A stretch of 64,000 nt of DNA. Origin: a virus (Duplodnaviria; Heunggongvirae; Uroviricota; Caudoviricetes). A program made the position numbers and the translations under genes. Positions 55,668 to 63,677 of the stretch are shown piece after piece. Where the stretch lies: positions 26,391 to 90,390 of IMG/VR virus record IMGVR_UViG_3300046513_000108; one strand, given 5' to 3'. Numbering within the stretch: position 1 is the first letter of the stretch; the number at the start of each line of letters is the position of its first letter. The notes under the pieces are model-generated. The model saw only the letters and a list, made by a program, of their open reading frames with translations, was not told the origin of the DNA and did not search any database.

Positions 55668-55696
55668 AGGCTCCTTCGGGAGCCTTTTTCTTTTTG
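55668..55696 (+). terminator. rho-independent terminator
   Basis: AGGCTCC-TTCG-GGAGCCT followed by TTTTTCTTTTT. Confidence 0.65.
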
Positions 55697-55760
55697 TGCT
55701 TGTGCTTTGTAGAAATGTGTTGTACAATGTTCTTTGTATGAAGTCTAAAGAGGAGGGAAG

Positions 55761-56099
55761 ATGGCGCGATATGGAGAGAATGGGTTTGTGCAAGGGACGG
55801 TTTGCAGGGTGATTAATGATGTTAAAATTATCGATGAACTGCGTGATTGTGAAGTGGTAATTGTCAAAAGTTTACATTGGAGTGGATCGTTTGGGCATGA
55901 AGGCTATTTTGTAGTAAAATTAGGGAAGAATGATCAATGGTGGTTTGCACAACCATGGATGCTTAAGATGAGCCACCTCCCTGTAACACTAAGAAATTGG
56001 GCGACAAACAAAGTTCTAATGTTGTTTGAGAAGAATGATGACATTATTAAAACGTTAGCAGAAGAACAGATGAACGGAGATTTTCCCTATGGACAATGA
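55761..56099 (+). CDS. hypothetical protein
   Basis: GGAGGG RBS; 112 aa. Confidence 0.5.
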   Translation: MARYGENGFVQGTVCRVINDVKIIDELRDCEVVIVKSLHWSGSFGHEGYFVVKLGKNDQWWFAQPWMLKMSHLPVTLRNWATNKVLMLFEKNDDIIKTLAEEQMNGDFPYGQ

Positions 56100-56286
56100 A
56101 CAATGTGTTGCTATATTCGGCTCAGGGATGACAGAGGAAGAAACTGTTTTGTATTCCTTGCGCGCAGCTAAGAAGGAAATTCTTTGGCTTACAAAACTTC
56201 TTCATGCTGAAATCCCAAGTGCTGTTTTTACGATTGGACTTATTGAGGATGCTTTGAAATTGATGGAGAGTGCAAATGGAAAATGA
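56089..56286 (+). CDS. hypothetical protein
   Basis: 65 aa. Confidence 0.45.
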   Translation: MDNEQCVAIFGSGMTEEETVLYSLRAAKKEILWLTKLLHAEIPSAVFTIGLIEDALKLMESANGK

Positions 56287-56500
56287 ATGCACACAACCCG
56301 GAAGTTGGCAAGGCTCTTGCTGTTGTAACTGTACATGGCAGAAACCTCTGAATCAACATCCTTGGAACAGAATCGAGTTGTTCAAAGGTTCTATCATGAA
56401 TATTATTGGTTGGGGTTGTTTTATCCCTGATATGGATAGCATCACGGTAAGTGATCGTGAGCACGGCATGTGCGAAATGTGGGAGAACAAAAATGTTTGA
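56276..56500 (+). CDS. Cys-rich protein
   Basis: CCCNC cluster; GGAG RBS. Confidence 0.45.
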   Translation: MENECTQPGSWQGSCCCNCTWQKPLNQHPWNRIELFKGSIMNIIGWGCFIPDMDSITVSDREHGMCEMWENKNV

Positions 56501-56678
56501 AGAAGAATCTATTGACGCACGTAACAGCATGAAAGAACATCGCCATTACACTAAAGAAGAAGCTGAAGAGGATATTTCATACGCCATTGAACAATGGAGG
56601 AAAGAAAGAGAGAAGCTTCAGAAAAAACATGAGAGAGAACAAGTGAATATTTGGAAGGATGTAGCTGATGAAATTTAA
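56493..56678 (+). CDS. hypothetical protein
   Basis: GGGAGAACAAAA RBS; 61 aa. Confidence 0.45.
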   Translation: MFEEESIDARNSMKEHRHYTKEEAEEDISYAIEQWRKEREKLQKKHEREQVNIWKDVADEI

Positions 56679-56922
56679 TATAAATAATTATGTCTCTGTT
56701 GTCCTTACACAAACAGGTGCTGACATCTTCAACGCTAATGAAGAATATTGGGAAAACATTCTTCCTCAAGGGTCTTCAAGAGGAATTCGTTACAAAGTTG
56801 GAGACACTATGAGAGCACAAATGTGGCACATGTTTCAATTGTTCGGCCCGCACATTCACCTTGGTGGAGAGATTCCCTTCTATATGTGCGAGATTGACAT
56901 TTCTGTTGAGGATTTGCGTTGA
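56668..56922 (+). CDS. hypothetical protein
   Basis: 84 aa. Confidence 0.5.
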   Translation: MKFNINNYVSVVLTQTGADIFNANEEYWENILPQGSSRGIRYKVGDTMRAQMWHMFQLFGPHIHLGGEIPFYMCEIDISVEDLR

Positions 56923-57332
56923 AATGGCTGTGGAGCCTTCTTCTGTTCTTTGTTTGTATTAACGTAGACAATCCCTCTAGGAGCTTCGCTGTCTCTGACA
57001 TTGTTTGTTTGAAAGCTGTCGTAGAGCATGAGGCTTCAGGAGAGACTTTAGCAGGGAAGCGTGCTGTCTTAGACGTTGTTCTAGAGCGTATGAAACGTAC
57101 AAACAAGAGTTGTCCTGTTGTGGCTCTACAGCCTAAGCAATTCTCTGACTTCACATGGCAGAATATTCTTGAAACAAAGAGCTTGACAGGATGGGAAGAG
57201 TTGTTTAGAATGTCTCCTGTCTGTAGAGGATGTACTCATTTTCATAGGTTGGACAAACATCCTGAGTGGAATAAGAAGTTTAAACATCGTCGTACAATTG
57301 GTTTACATAAATTTTACATGGAGGAAACATGA
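56919..57332 (+). CDS. secreted SleB-like cell-wall hydrolase (Hydrolase_2 family), TTG start
   Basis: N-terminal signal peptide MKWLWSLLLFFVCI; block AVLDVVLERMKR…VVALQPKQFSDF resembles the SleB/CwlJ signature; GAGGA RBS before the TTG. Confidence 0.5.
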   Translation: MKWLWSLLLFFVCINVDNPSRSFAVSDIVCLKAVVEHEASGETLAGKRAVLDVVLERMKRTNKSCPVVALQPKQFSDFTWQNILETKSLTGWEELFRMSPVCRGCTHFHRLDKHPEWNKKFKHRRTIGLHKFYMEET

Positions 57333-57694
57333 AACGTTCTATTGCTCGTAAATGGGCAAAAGCTTTAGAGAGTGTTGAATATCAACAAACAAGGGGTGAA
57401 CTTCGTAATACTGTTGGCTTCTGCTGCCTTGGTGTCCTGTGCAACATTCATGCACAAGAGCATCCTGAAATCGCTGCTGAACAAACGAGTATGTATGAAT
57501 ATCTGGGAGAAGAAACTGAACTTCCATTTGAAGTGAGAGATTGGGCAGGTATGGATTCTATCTCAGGTAAATTCCCTCGTGGTTTGATTAAAGAAGTTCC
57601 TACTGCTGATAGTCTGATTGATTTGAACGATGATGCAGAATGGAACTTCAAACAAATTGCAAAAGTGATTCGTAAATATTATAAGGAACTGTAA
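57329..57694 (+). CDS. hypothetical protein
   Basis: 121 aa. Confidence 0.5.
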   Translation: MKRSIARKWAKALESVEYQQTRGELRNTVGFCCLGVLCNIHAQEHPEIAAEQTSMYEYLGEETELPFEVRDWAGMDSISGKFPRGLIKEVPTADSLIDLNDDAEWNFKQIAKVIRKYYKEL

Positions 57695-57695
57695 A

Positions 57696-57881
57696 ATGAG
57701 CAATAAAGAACTAAACGCACAACTGGCAGCATTGGTAAGTGAATTTGAGGCAGCACTGAGCAAAGCAGAATCTTTTGCAATGGAACACAATCTGAGTTTC
57801 CACATTACACCTACGTATGGTATGGGCGGAACTTATGATGGTACAGAGGGCGAATGGTTTGCGTCGAGCCAAAGCTGTTAA
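57696..57881 (+). CDS. paralog 1 of a four-member tandem family (C-terminus W-x-x-SS-x-C)
   Basis: ends …GEWFASSQSC. Confidence 0.5.
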   Translation: MSNKELNAQLAALVSEFEAALSKAESFAMEHNLSFHITPTYGMGGTYDGTEGEWFASSQSC

Positions 57882-57895
57882 TTAAAGGAGATAAC

Positions 57896-58330
57896 ATGGA
57901 AAATATTATCATTGCGGGTCGCACCCTAGAAGAACTGAAGCAGATTCAAAAAGAAGTTCGTAAAGATGCAAATAAATACATTGCACAATTTATTGAAGCT
58001 GGTGAGAGTGCTGTTAAAGAAATTCTTGAATTGGTTGAAGTAGATGATGAACGTGATGAAGAGGCAGAGGGTGTAGAAGATGTTTCTGAAAAAGTTACAG
58101 CACTGGCTGCTGTAGCAGAGAAGAATCTGGCACAAGCAAAACTGATTAGTGATATTTCTGGTGTCTCTTATTATCTACCATTCTCTGAAGAGTGGAGTAA
58201 TGATGGTTATTATTGCCAACTGGAACAGCGTTACGAAGGTCTGCCTGACAATAAAGCTGTAGATGCACTATTTAGTATCATTGATAGTATGGAATCTGAA
58301 TCGCGTAACTGGCACTCTAGCCGTTGCTGA
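57896..58330 (+). CDS. paralog 2 of the tandem family
   Basis: ends …NWHSSRC; AAGGAG RBS. Confidence 0.5.
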   Translation: MENIIIAGRTLEELKQIQKEVRKDANKYIAQFIEAGESAVKEILELVEVDDERDEEAEGVEDVSEKVTALAAVAEKNLAQAKLISDISGVSYYLPFSEEWSNDGYYCQLEQRYEGLPDNKAVDALFSIIDSMESESRNWHSSRC

Positions 58331-58357
58331 TATAAAACTATTTTAAAGGAAACTAAA

Positions 58358-58540
58358 ATGACTCAACAAGAAATTCTGGCTCTGGTTGCACAACAAATTG
58401 AAGATGCAAAGAACCTGCTGAATTCTGCTAAAGAACTGGCCGATAGCAACAACGTCTACTTTGATTTTGACAGTGCGATGCAGAACCTATATGAAGATGT
58501 GACGGGTGACTGGATTGACTGGAACTATTCTTCTTGCTAA
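58358..58540 (+). CDS. paralog 3 of the tandem family
   Basis: ends …DWNYSSC. Confidence 0.5.
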   Translation: MTQQEILALVAQQIEDAKNLLNSAKELADSNNVYFDFDSAMQNLYEDVTGDWIDWNYSSC

Positions 58541-58557
58541 AATAAAGGAATAAACAA

Positions 58558-58809
58558 ATGACTACTGTAACTATTTCTCGTGAAAAATACGAAGAACTGA
58601 TGGCAATTGCTGGTAAGGAAATTATTACTAAGCAGGAGGCTCAACGAATTATCTCTAATAACGTTGAATCTCTGAAAAAGCTTGTGAAAGAAACTCAAGA
58701 AGTAGCTGATGAGAATGGTTTGAATTTCTATATTGACCTGACTGACGGATATGCTCAGGGTGCTACTTATGAAAATGGAAATTGGTCTACTAGTTCGGAT
58801 AACTGCTAA
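58558..58809 (+). CDS. paralog 4 of the tandem family
   Basis: ends …NWSTSSDNC. Confidence 0.5.
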   Translation: MTTVTISREKYEELMAIAGKEIITKQEAQRIISNNVESLKKLVKETQEVADENGLNFYIDLTDGYAQGATYENGNWSTSSDNC

Positions 58810-58817
58810 GGAAAATA

Positions 58818-59732
58818 ATGCTACTCATTGGCTCTCGTGCTATTCAATATTGGCTCCCTGATTGGCGAGAGCCACTTGATGTAGACCTTGTAGGCACTTA
58901 CGATGAAATTGAAGCCTATCGTAAGAGGAATAATATCAAAGTGTTCTATCCAATCAATGAAGGTAAGACAATCTTCATGCGTGACAGTGAGGGTGTTATC
59001 CATGAAGCCGAAATAGCGTGGGAAGGCTCTCGTGCAGAAAAGCTGATTAAGTTTGTTGAGGGTCAATCTGACAATGGCAGGGTGGGACAGGGGATGATTG
59101 TTCCTTCTTTGGATGTCCTGTTGCTGCTGAAGATGTCTCATAGATATCTAAAAGATTCGCCACACCATTTTAAAACAATGGATGATATCTTTGCTTTGCG
59201 TAAAGCTGGTGCAAAGATTCGTGAGGAGCACAAAGAGTTTCTTGCTGATCGTGAGAAAGATACCTACATACATAAAACGCCAAAACTGAATGTGAAGAAG
59301 GGTGAATTCTTTGCTGGTGATGGTATCAATTATGAATGGGAACATGACGATATTCACCAAGCACTGAAGTTTATGGATCAACCTGCTTACCTCTATTACG
59401 CTGGAGGAGAAGTTTGGTCCGACATGTCAAAGTTCAAACAATGTTCTCGTGAGATTCAACTGTACGGTGTATTAGAGGAATGCCTAACTTTGGCCGCTGA
59501 ACGCTCGCAGCTATGTTTCAATCCTCGTCCTGATCCTGATTGGAGCTTTAAGTTTGCTCTGGGAAAAGTGAGTTCATCAATCTGCGGTGGATATTTCCGG
59601 GAGTTTGCATGGGAGAACGCTTATGCTGTGATGGAACTGTATGAGAAAGAAGGTAAAGGTTATATGGACAAAGTAGATGAAGCAATCAAAAATGGTATTA
59701 TTCAACGAACTAAACAAAAGGAAGCTGCATAA
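58818..59732 (+). CDS. nucleotidyltransferase-fold (pol-beta superfamily) protein
   Basis: N-terminus LIGSRAIQYWLPDWREPLDVDLVG fits the hG[GS]-x(9-13)-Dh[DE] NTase motif. Confidence 0.4.
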   Translation: MLLIGSRAIQYWLPDWREPLDVDLVGTYDEIEAYRKRNNIKVFYPINEGKTIFMRDSEGVIHEAEIAWEGSRAEKLIKFVEGQSDNGRVGQGMIVPSLDVLLLLKMSHRYLKDSPHHFKTMDDIFALRKAGAKIREEHKEFLADREKDTYIHKTPKLNVKKGEFFAGDGINYEWEHDDIHQALKFMDQPAYLYYAGGEVWSDMSKFKQCSREIQLYGVLEECLTLAAERSQLCFNPRPDPDWSFKFALGKVSSSICGGYFREFAWENAYAVMELYEKEGKGYMDKVDEAIKNGIIQRTKQKEAA

Positions 59733-60034
59733 TGGCACTAATCAAAACTTACGTATGTGATGTGAGCGGTAGGTCTGGTACAGATGAAAATGACTATTTT
59801 GAAATCTCTATCACTTCCCGCCCAAGTGGCAAGGGTAGTTACTATCAGACAAATGTTCTGAACAAACTTCTGCACAAAGACGTTGCTGAAAAGCTCCATC
59901 TGGTGAAAGTGAAAGAGCCTGAGAATAACCCTGCACCTACTCTGGAAAGTCAATTACTGGCTCTACTCCAAGAGTGGAAAGACAGTATTGTTGAAGAGGC
60001 TTCCGAGAGTGCTATTCAGAGTGTGAGGAACTAA
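59732..60034 (+). CDS. hypothetical protein
   Basis: 100 aa. Confidence 0.5.
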   Translation: MALIKTYVCDVSGRSGTDENDYFEISITSRPSGKGSYYQTNVLNKLLHKDVAEKLHLVKVKEPENNPAPTLESQLLALLQEWKDSIVEEASESAIQSVRN

Positions 60035-60035
60035 T

Positions 60036-60314
60036 ATGGGTGTTGATTATCAAGCTGTGTTAGTTGTTGGTTTAGACCGAGATGAATTTGCTGAACAAGA
60101 CACAGAAGATTTGTATGACAAAGGCTTGTCTTTCTACAGCACTTACTATGACGGCTCTTACGGTATTGTAGGTATTCCTGTTGCTAAATCTGGTGTATAT
60201 GATTACAGAGAAGTGGAAGATGATTTAACATTGAAGATTATTGATGCAAAGAATAAGTTCTTTGAAATTACTAAGAAATATGGTAAACTTTATATTTCAA
60301 CCTATGGATGGTAA
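60036..60314 (+). CDS. hypothetical protein
   Basis: 92 aa. Confidence 0.5.
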   Translation: MGVDYQAVLVVGLDRDEFAEQDTEDLYDKGLSFYSTYYDGSYGIVGIPVAKSGVYDYREVEDDLTLKIIDAKNKFFEITKKYGKLYISTYGW

Positions 60315-60315
60315 A

Positions 60316-60483
60316 ATGCAATATTCAATTGATGTACGATGGATTGTAGAAGCAGAATCCCTTGCTGATGCAGAGTTGTTAAAAGAAAACATCTGCGATC
60401 TTGTAGCAATTCAGACAGACAACAAAGAACTGTTTGATGCCCTTGTTGATGAAATACCAGCAGTGGTGCAGGAATATAACTAG
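60316..60483 (+). CDS. small acidic protein
   Basis: 55 aa. Confidence 0.4.
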   Translation: MQYSIDVRWIVEAESLADAELLKENICDLVAIQTDNKELFDALVDEIPAVVQEYN

Positions 60484-60491
60484 GAGGAACA

Positions 60492-60860
60492 ATGAATTTC
60501 AAAGAACGTGTAGACATTCTTCGTTCTCAAATCGAAGAAATTAAGAAAGAATTTGCAGCATACATTGCTGACACATCTGTTCCTCTGGATGAGCGTTGGG
60601 AAGTGTTTATGAGTGCTCCTAGCGATTTGCGTAATCATTCCCGTTGGATTGAACGGTTTGAAGGGCTTCCAGATGATGACTTTATTGGTTATGGTGGGCC
60701 TGTGTGGGTTGAACGTCATCAAACAGTGGATATTTCTGATATCCTCTCTGTACTAGAAGAACAAGATGAGTACGACTTTGATTTCTCCAAATTAGATGTT
60801 GCGGCATTCAAAGAGGATGTGCTGAAACGTAATCTTTATTCCTTTGAATACGATTGGTGA
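60492..60860 (+). CDS. hypothetical protein
   Basis: 122 aa. Confidence 0.5.
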   Translation: MNFKERVDILRSQIEEIKKEFAAYIADTSVPLDERWEVFMSAPSDLRNHSRWIERFEGLPDDDFIGYGGPVWVERHQTVDISDILSVLEEQDEYDFDFSKLDVAAFKEDVLKRNLYSFEYDW

Positions 60861-60864
60861 TACA

Positions 60865-61020
60865 ATGCCTAAATACGCTATTAGTATCTCTACTATCGTA
60901 GAGGTAGATAACTTTGACGAAGCCTATATTGCAGCAGATGTTATTGTAGATTTTCTTAAACATCACTATTTGGCAGAAGACCCTCATCACTGGAATGTAG
61001 AGGAGCTTGAGGATGAGTGA
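60865..61020 (+). CDS. small acidic protein (51 aa)
   Basis: below the track cutoff; coupled to its neighbours. Confidence 0.35.
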   Translation: MPKYAISISTIVEVDNFDEAYIAADVIVDFLKHHYLAEDPHHWNVEELEDE

Positions 61021-61165
61021 GAAAATGTATGACGTAGATGTCACTGTATGTGTCTATGCAGAGTCTCCTGAAGAAGCTAAACAGAACATTTTCCCATTCC
61101 TTGTTGCTGCTTATGAACAGGAAGTGGCAGAGGGATTTGATTTTTATGGTGAGGAGGAAGAATGA
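61013..61165 (+). CDS. small acidic protein (50 aa)
   Basis: overlaps both neighbours. Confidence 0.35.
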   Translation: MSEKMYDVDVTVCVYAESPEEAKQNIFPFLVAAYEQEVAEGFDFYGEEEE

Positions 61166-61482
61166 AACGATCTGTAGAAGTAGTAAAAACTGTAGAATAT
61201 GACATTGAAATTGATGACAGCATTCTCAACCAAGAATTCGTAGACAGCTTTGAATCCGGCTTCTGGGAGCTTGATGGTGACACTCTGGAAGAGAAGATTG
61301 ATGGGTTGTTCAAGGTGGCAGCTTATCAACTAATGAATGGTGAAACACAATTCATTGAGGGTATTGGTGCTTGTTGTGACAAGGGTATGCAATCATACTA
61401 TAAAGAATTTTATCCTGACAAAGAATTTCGAGTGCTGTACAAAGAAACTTACGAAGAAATCGAAACGGAGATAGTGCCCTAG
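61162..61482 (+). CDS. hypothetical protein
   Basis: 106 aa. Confidence 0.5.
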   Translation: MKRSVEVVKTVEYDIEIDDSILNQEFVDSFESGFWELDGDTLEEKIDGLFKVAAYQLMNGETQFIEGIGACCDKGMQSYYKEFYPDKEFRVLYKETYEEIETEIVP

Positions 61483-61521
61483 CGGTCACTCCTTTCTCCA
61501 TAAATTACGAAAGGTATATTA

Positions 61522-61821
61522 ATGAATCTAACAGAGACACAAGCATTGCGACAGAAGCTGTCTGAGATGACAGAGAGAGATTTTGAAGAGTGGTTAGAAG
61601 GCAAGAACAATCCTGCTTGGAATATCGGCTATGAGGCAGGTTATGATGATGGGCAGAGTGATATTGCAGCAGACATCAGTAGTGCTCGTGAAGAGGGTTA
61701 TGACAATGGCTTTGATGACGGTCATTACAACGGATTCCGTGAAGGCCGGGAAGAGGGTTATGAAGCTGGATATGGAGAAGGTTGTGAAGCCACACAAAGT
61801 AAATTTGGAGAGGATTATTAA
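61522..61821 (+). CDS. highly acidic protein with EGY-x-x-GY/F-DDG repeats
   Basis: four degenerate repeats; 99 aa. Confidence 0.5.
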   Translation: MNLTETQALRQKLSEMTERDFEEWLEGKNNPAWNIGYEAGYDDGQSDIAADISSAREEGYDNGFDDGHYNGFREGREEGYEAGYGEGCEATQSKFGEDY

Positions 61822-62474
61822 TGACGTTTAGTGCAAAACTAATTGCTGTGACGAAGCCTGTTGTAGAGGGCCTAGAGGATATGCACGACCTGATTGCATA
61901 TTGTGCGCGTGTGAGTAATCCCTCTAATCAGATGAATATGGATACAGCAGAAAAGCTTACTGCCTATCTGATGAAGCACAAACATTGGAGTCCGTTTGAG
62001 ATGGCTAATGTTGTTGTGGAAGTGGAATCCCCACGAGATATTGCTCGCCAACTTCTGCGACACACTAGCTTCAGATTCCAAGAGTTCTCTCAGCGTTATG
62101 CTGATGTGACACAACTTGAACAAGCTTTCTGTCTTCGTGAGCTTCGTATGCAGGACAACAAGAACCGCCAGAACAGCCTAGAAGCTGATGATGAATTGCT
62201 TGCTGATTGGTGGAAGAGTGAACAAGCAATGCTTCTGCATATTGTCAAAGACACGTACACTCGTGCTCTGAATCGAGGTGTTGCTAAAGAGGTTGCTCGT
62301 GTAATTCTTCCTGAAGGACTTACTATGAGTCGTCTATACGTGAATGGTACAATTCGCTCTTGGATTCATTATCTGGAAGTACGCATGGAAGAAGGTGTGA
62401 CTCAGAAGGAACACGTTATCCTCGCTACGCTGATTGCTGAACAAATCAACAGTGTGTTTAAGGTTACGTCCTAA
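61821..62474 (+). CDS. thyX: flavin-dependent thymidylate synthase ThyX
   Basis: ThyX signature …RHTSFRFQEFSQRY… (RH-x7-S-x-RY). Confidence 0.85.
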   Translation: MTFSAKLIAVTKPVVEGLEDMHDLIAYCARVSNPSNQMNMDTAEKLTAYLMKHKHWSPFEMANVVVEVESPRDIARQLLRHTSFRFQEFSQRYADVTQLEQAFCLRELRMQDNKNRQNSLEADDELLADWWKSEQAMLLHIVKDTYTRALNRGVAKEVARVILPEGLTMSRLYVNGTIRSWIHYLEVRMEEGVTQKEHVILATLIAEQINSVFKVTS

Positions 62475-62483
62475 AGGCCGTTT

Positions 62484-62657
62484 ATGATCATCAAAATCAT
62501 CTTGACATTCTTACTCTTGTTGCTTATCATCATGGGCATCCCTTCCGGTGTTCGTTTGTACAAAGAAGCAGGAGGTACAATTTCTCTGTTGCTTAAGATT
62601 GTTTGTTGTGGTATCATATCTATTATGGTCATCACAGCCCTTGTGATTGTTTTCTAG
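62484..62657 (+). CDS. small membrane protein (57 aa)
   Basis: two hydrophobic helices. Confidence 0.4.
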   Translation: MIIKIILTFLLLLLIIMGIPSGVRLYKEAGGTISLLLKIVCCGIISIMVITALVIVF

Positions 62658-62668
62658 GAGAAGTAAAA

Positions 62669-62821
62669 ATGTTACTGTGCCTGTTAGGTGTTTTGATGGT
62701 TGGAATTGGCGTATATTTTGGCCCTTTGGTAAAGCAGCCTAATAATATTTTCACTAGTGCTGTCACAGGTCTTATCACTGGTTTTGGTATTACGGCCATT
62801 GCTATTAGTATTTTTGGTTAA
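62669..62821 (+). CDS. small membrane protein (50 aa)
   Basis: AGGAGAAG RBS. Confidence 0.4.
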   Translation: MLLCLLGVLMVGIGVYFGPLVKQPNNIFTSAVTGLITGFGITAIAISIFG

Positions 62822-62845
62822 TTAATTTATTCTAGAGGAATATTT

Positions 62846-63649
62846 ATGAAAAAGTTTATGTCTGTTGTAGCTGCTATTATTATGGCAAGCTCTCTGTCGG
62901 GTTGTTTCAAAGTTGTTGATCAAGGTAAGGTTGGTCTGCGTAAGAATTTTAACAACACCATTGACAGTACAGAATTGGTGGCTGGTTCGTTCAATCAAAC
63001 TCTCGTAGGTTCTGTGCTGGAAGTTCCTATCAAGGAAATCTCTGTAGATGTGTCTGACCTTACGCCTCTGGCAAAGGATAATTCTACAATGGGCGACTTC
63101 GATGTATCTGTTGTCTACAGCATTAACCCAAGCTCTGTAAGTGATTTGTACATTAACAAGAATCGCAGCTTCCACGCTCTTGATGATCAAGGTGAAATCC
63201 ATCTTATGCACACTTACCTGCAAAACACTGTTAAGAATGCTGTTTACAAAGTGGCACGTCAGTATGACGCTCTGACAATGAATGACCATCGTGCAGACAT
63301 TGAACATGAGATTCTTGCACAAGTGAAACAAACTCTGGCAGAGGAAAAGTTGGATAACGCTGTTCTCGTAACTCAAGTGCAAGCTCGTAGTATTAAGGCA
63401 AATCCTGCTATCATTGATGCAGCTAACAATCTGATTAAGGCTAAGAGCGAACTGGCAGCAAAGGAAGTGGAAGTGCAAACTGCCAAGAAAGAGTCTGAAC
63501 GTATGGCTTCTCTGGCAAACAATGCAGGTCAATCTATTTCGTATATGCAGGCTCAGGCACAACTGATGATTGCTGAAGGTGTTCGTAATGGTAAGGTGAA
63601 TACGATTGTGATTCCATCCGACTTCCGAGGCATTGTCAACACGAAATAA
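62846..63649 (+). CDS. SPFH/Band-7 (prohibitin-like) lipoprotein
   Basis: lipobox LSGC; SPFH core …SVLEVPIKEISVDVSDLTPLAKDNSTMGDFDVSVVYSI…; coiled-coil C-terminus. Confidence 0.65.
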   Translation: MKKFMSVVAAIIMASSLSGCFKVVDQGKVGLRKNFNNTIDSTELVAGSFNQTLVGSVLEVPIKEISVDVSDLTPLAKDNSTMGDFDVSVVYSINPSSVSDLYINKNRSFHALDDQGEIHLMHTYLQNTVKNAVYKVARQYDALTMNDHRADIEHEILAQVKQTLAEEKLDNAVLVTQVQARSIKANPAIIDAANNLIKAKSELAAKEVEVQTAKKESERMASLANNAGQSISYMQAQAQLMIAEGVRNGKVNTIVIPSDFRGIVNTK

Positions 63650-63677
63650 CAACAGGGGCCGAAGCCCCTTATGACAT

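Noticed and set aside
62822-63652. 276-aa minus-strand ORF
   Set aside because: Antisense to the SPFH lipoprotein gene; no RBS; odd composition.
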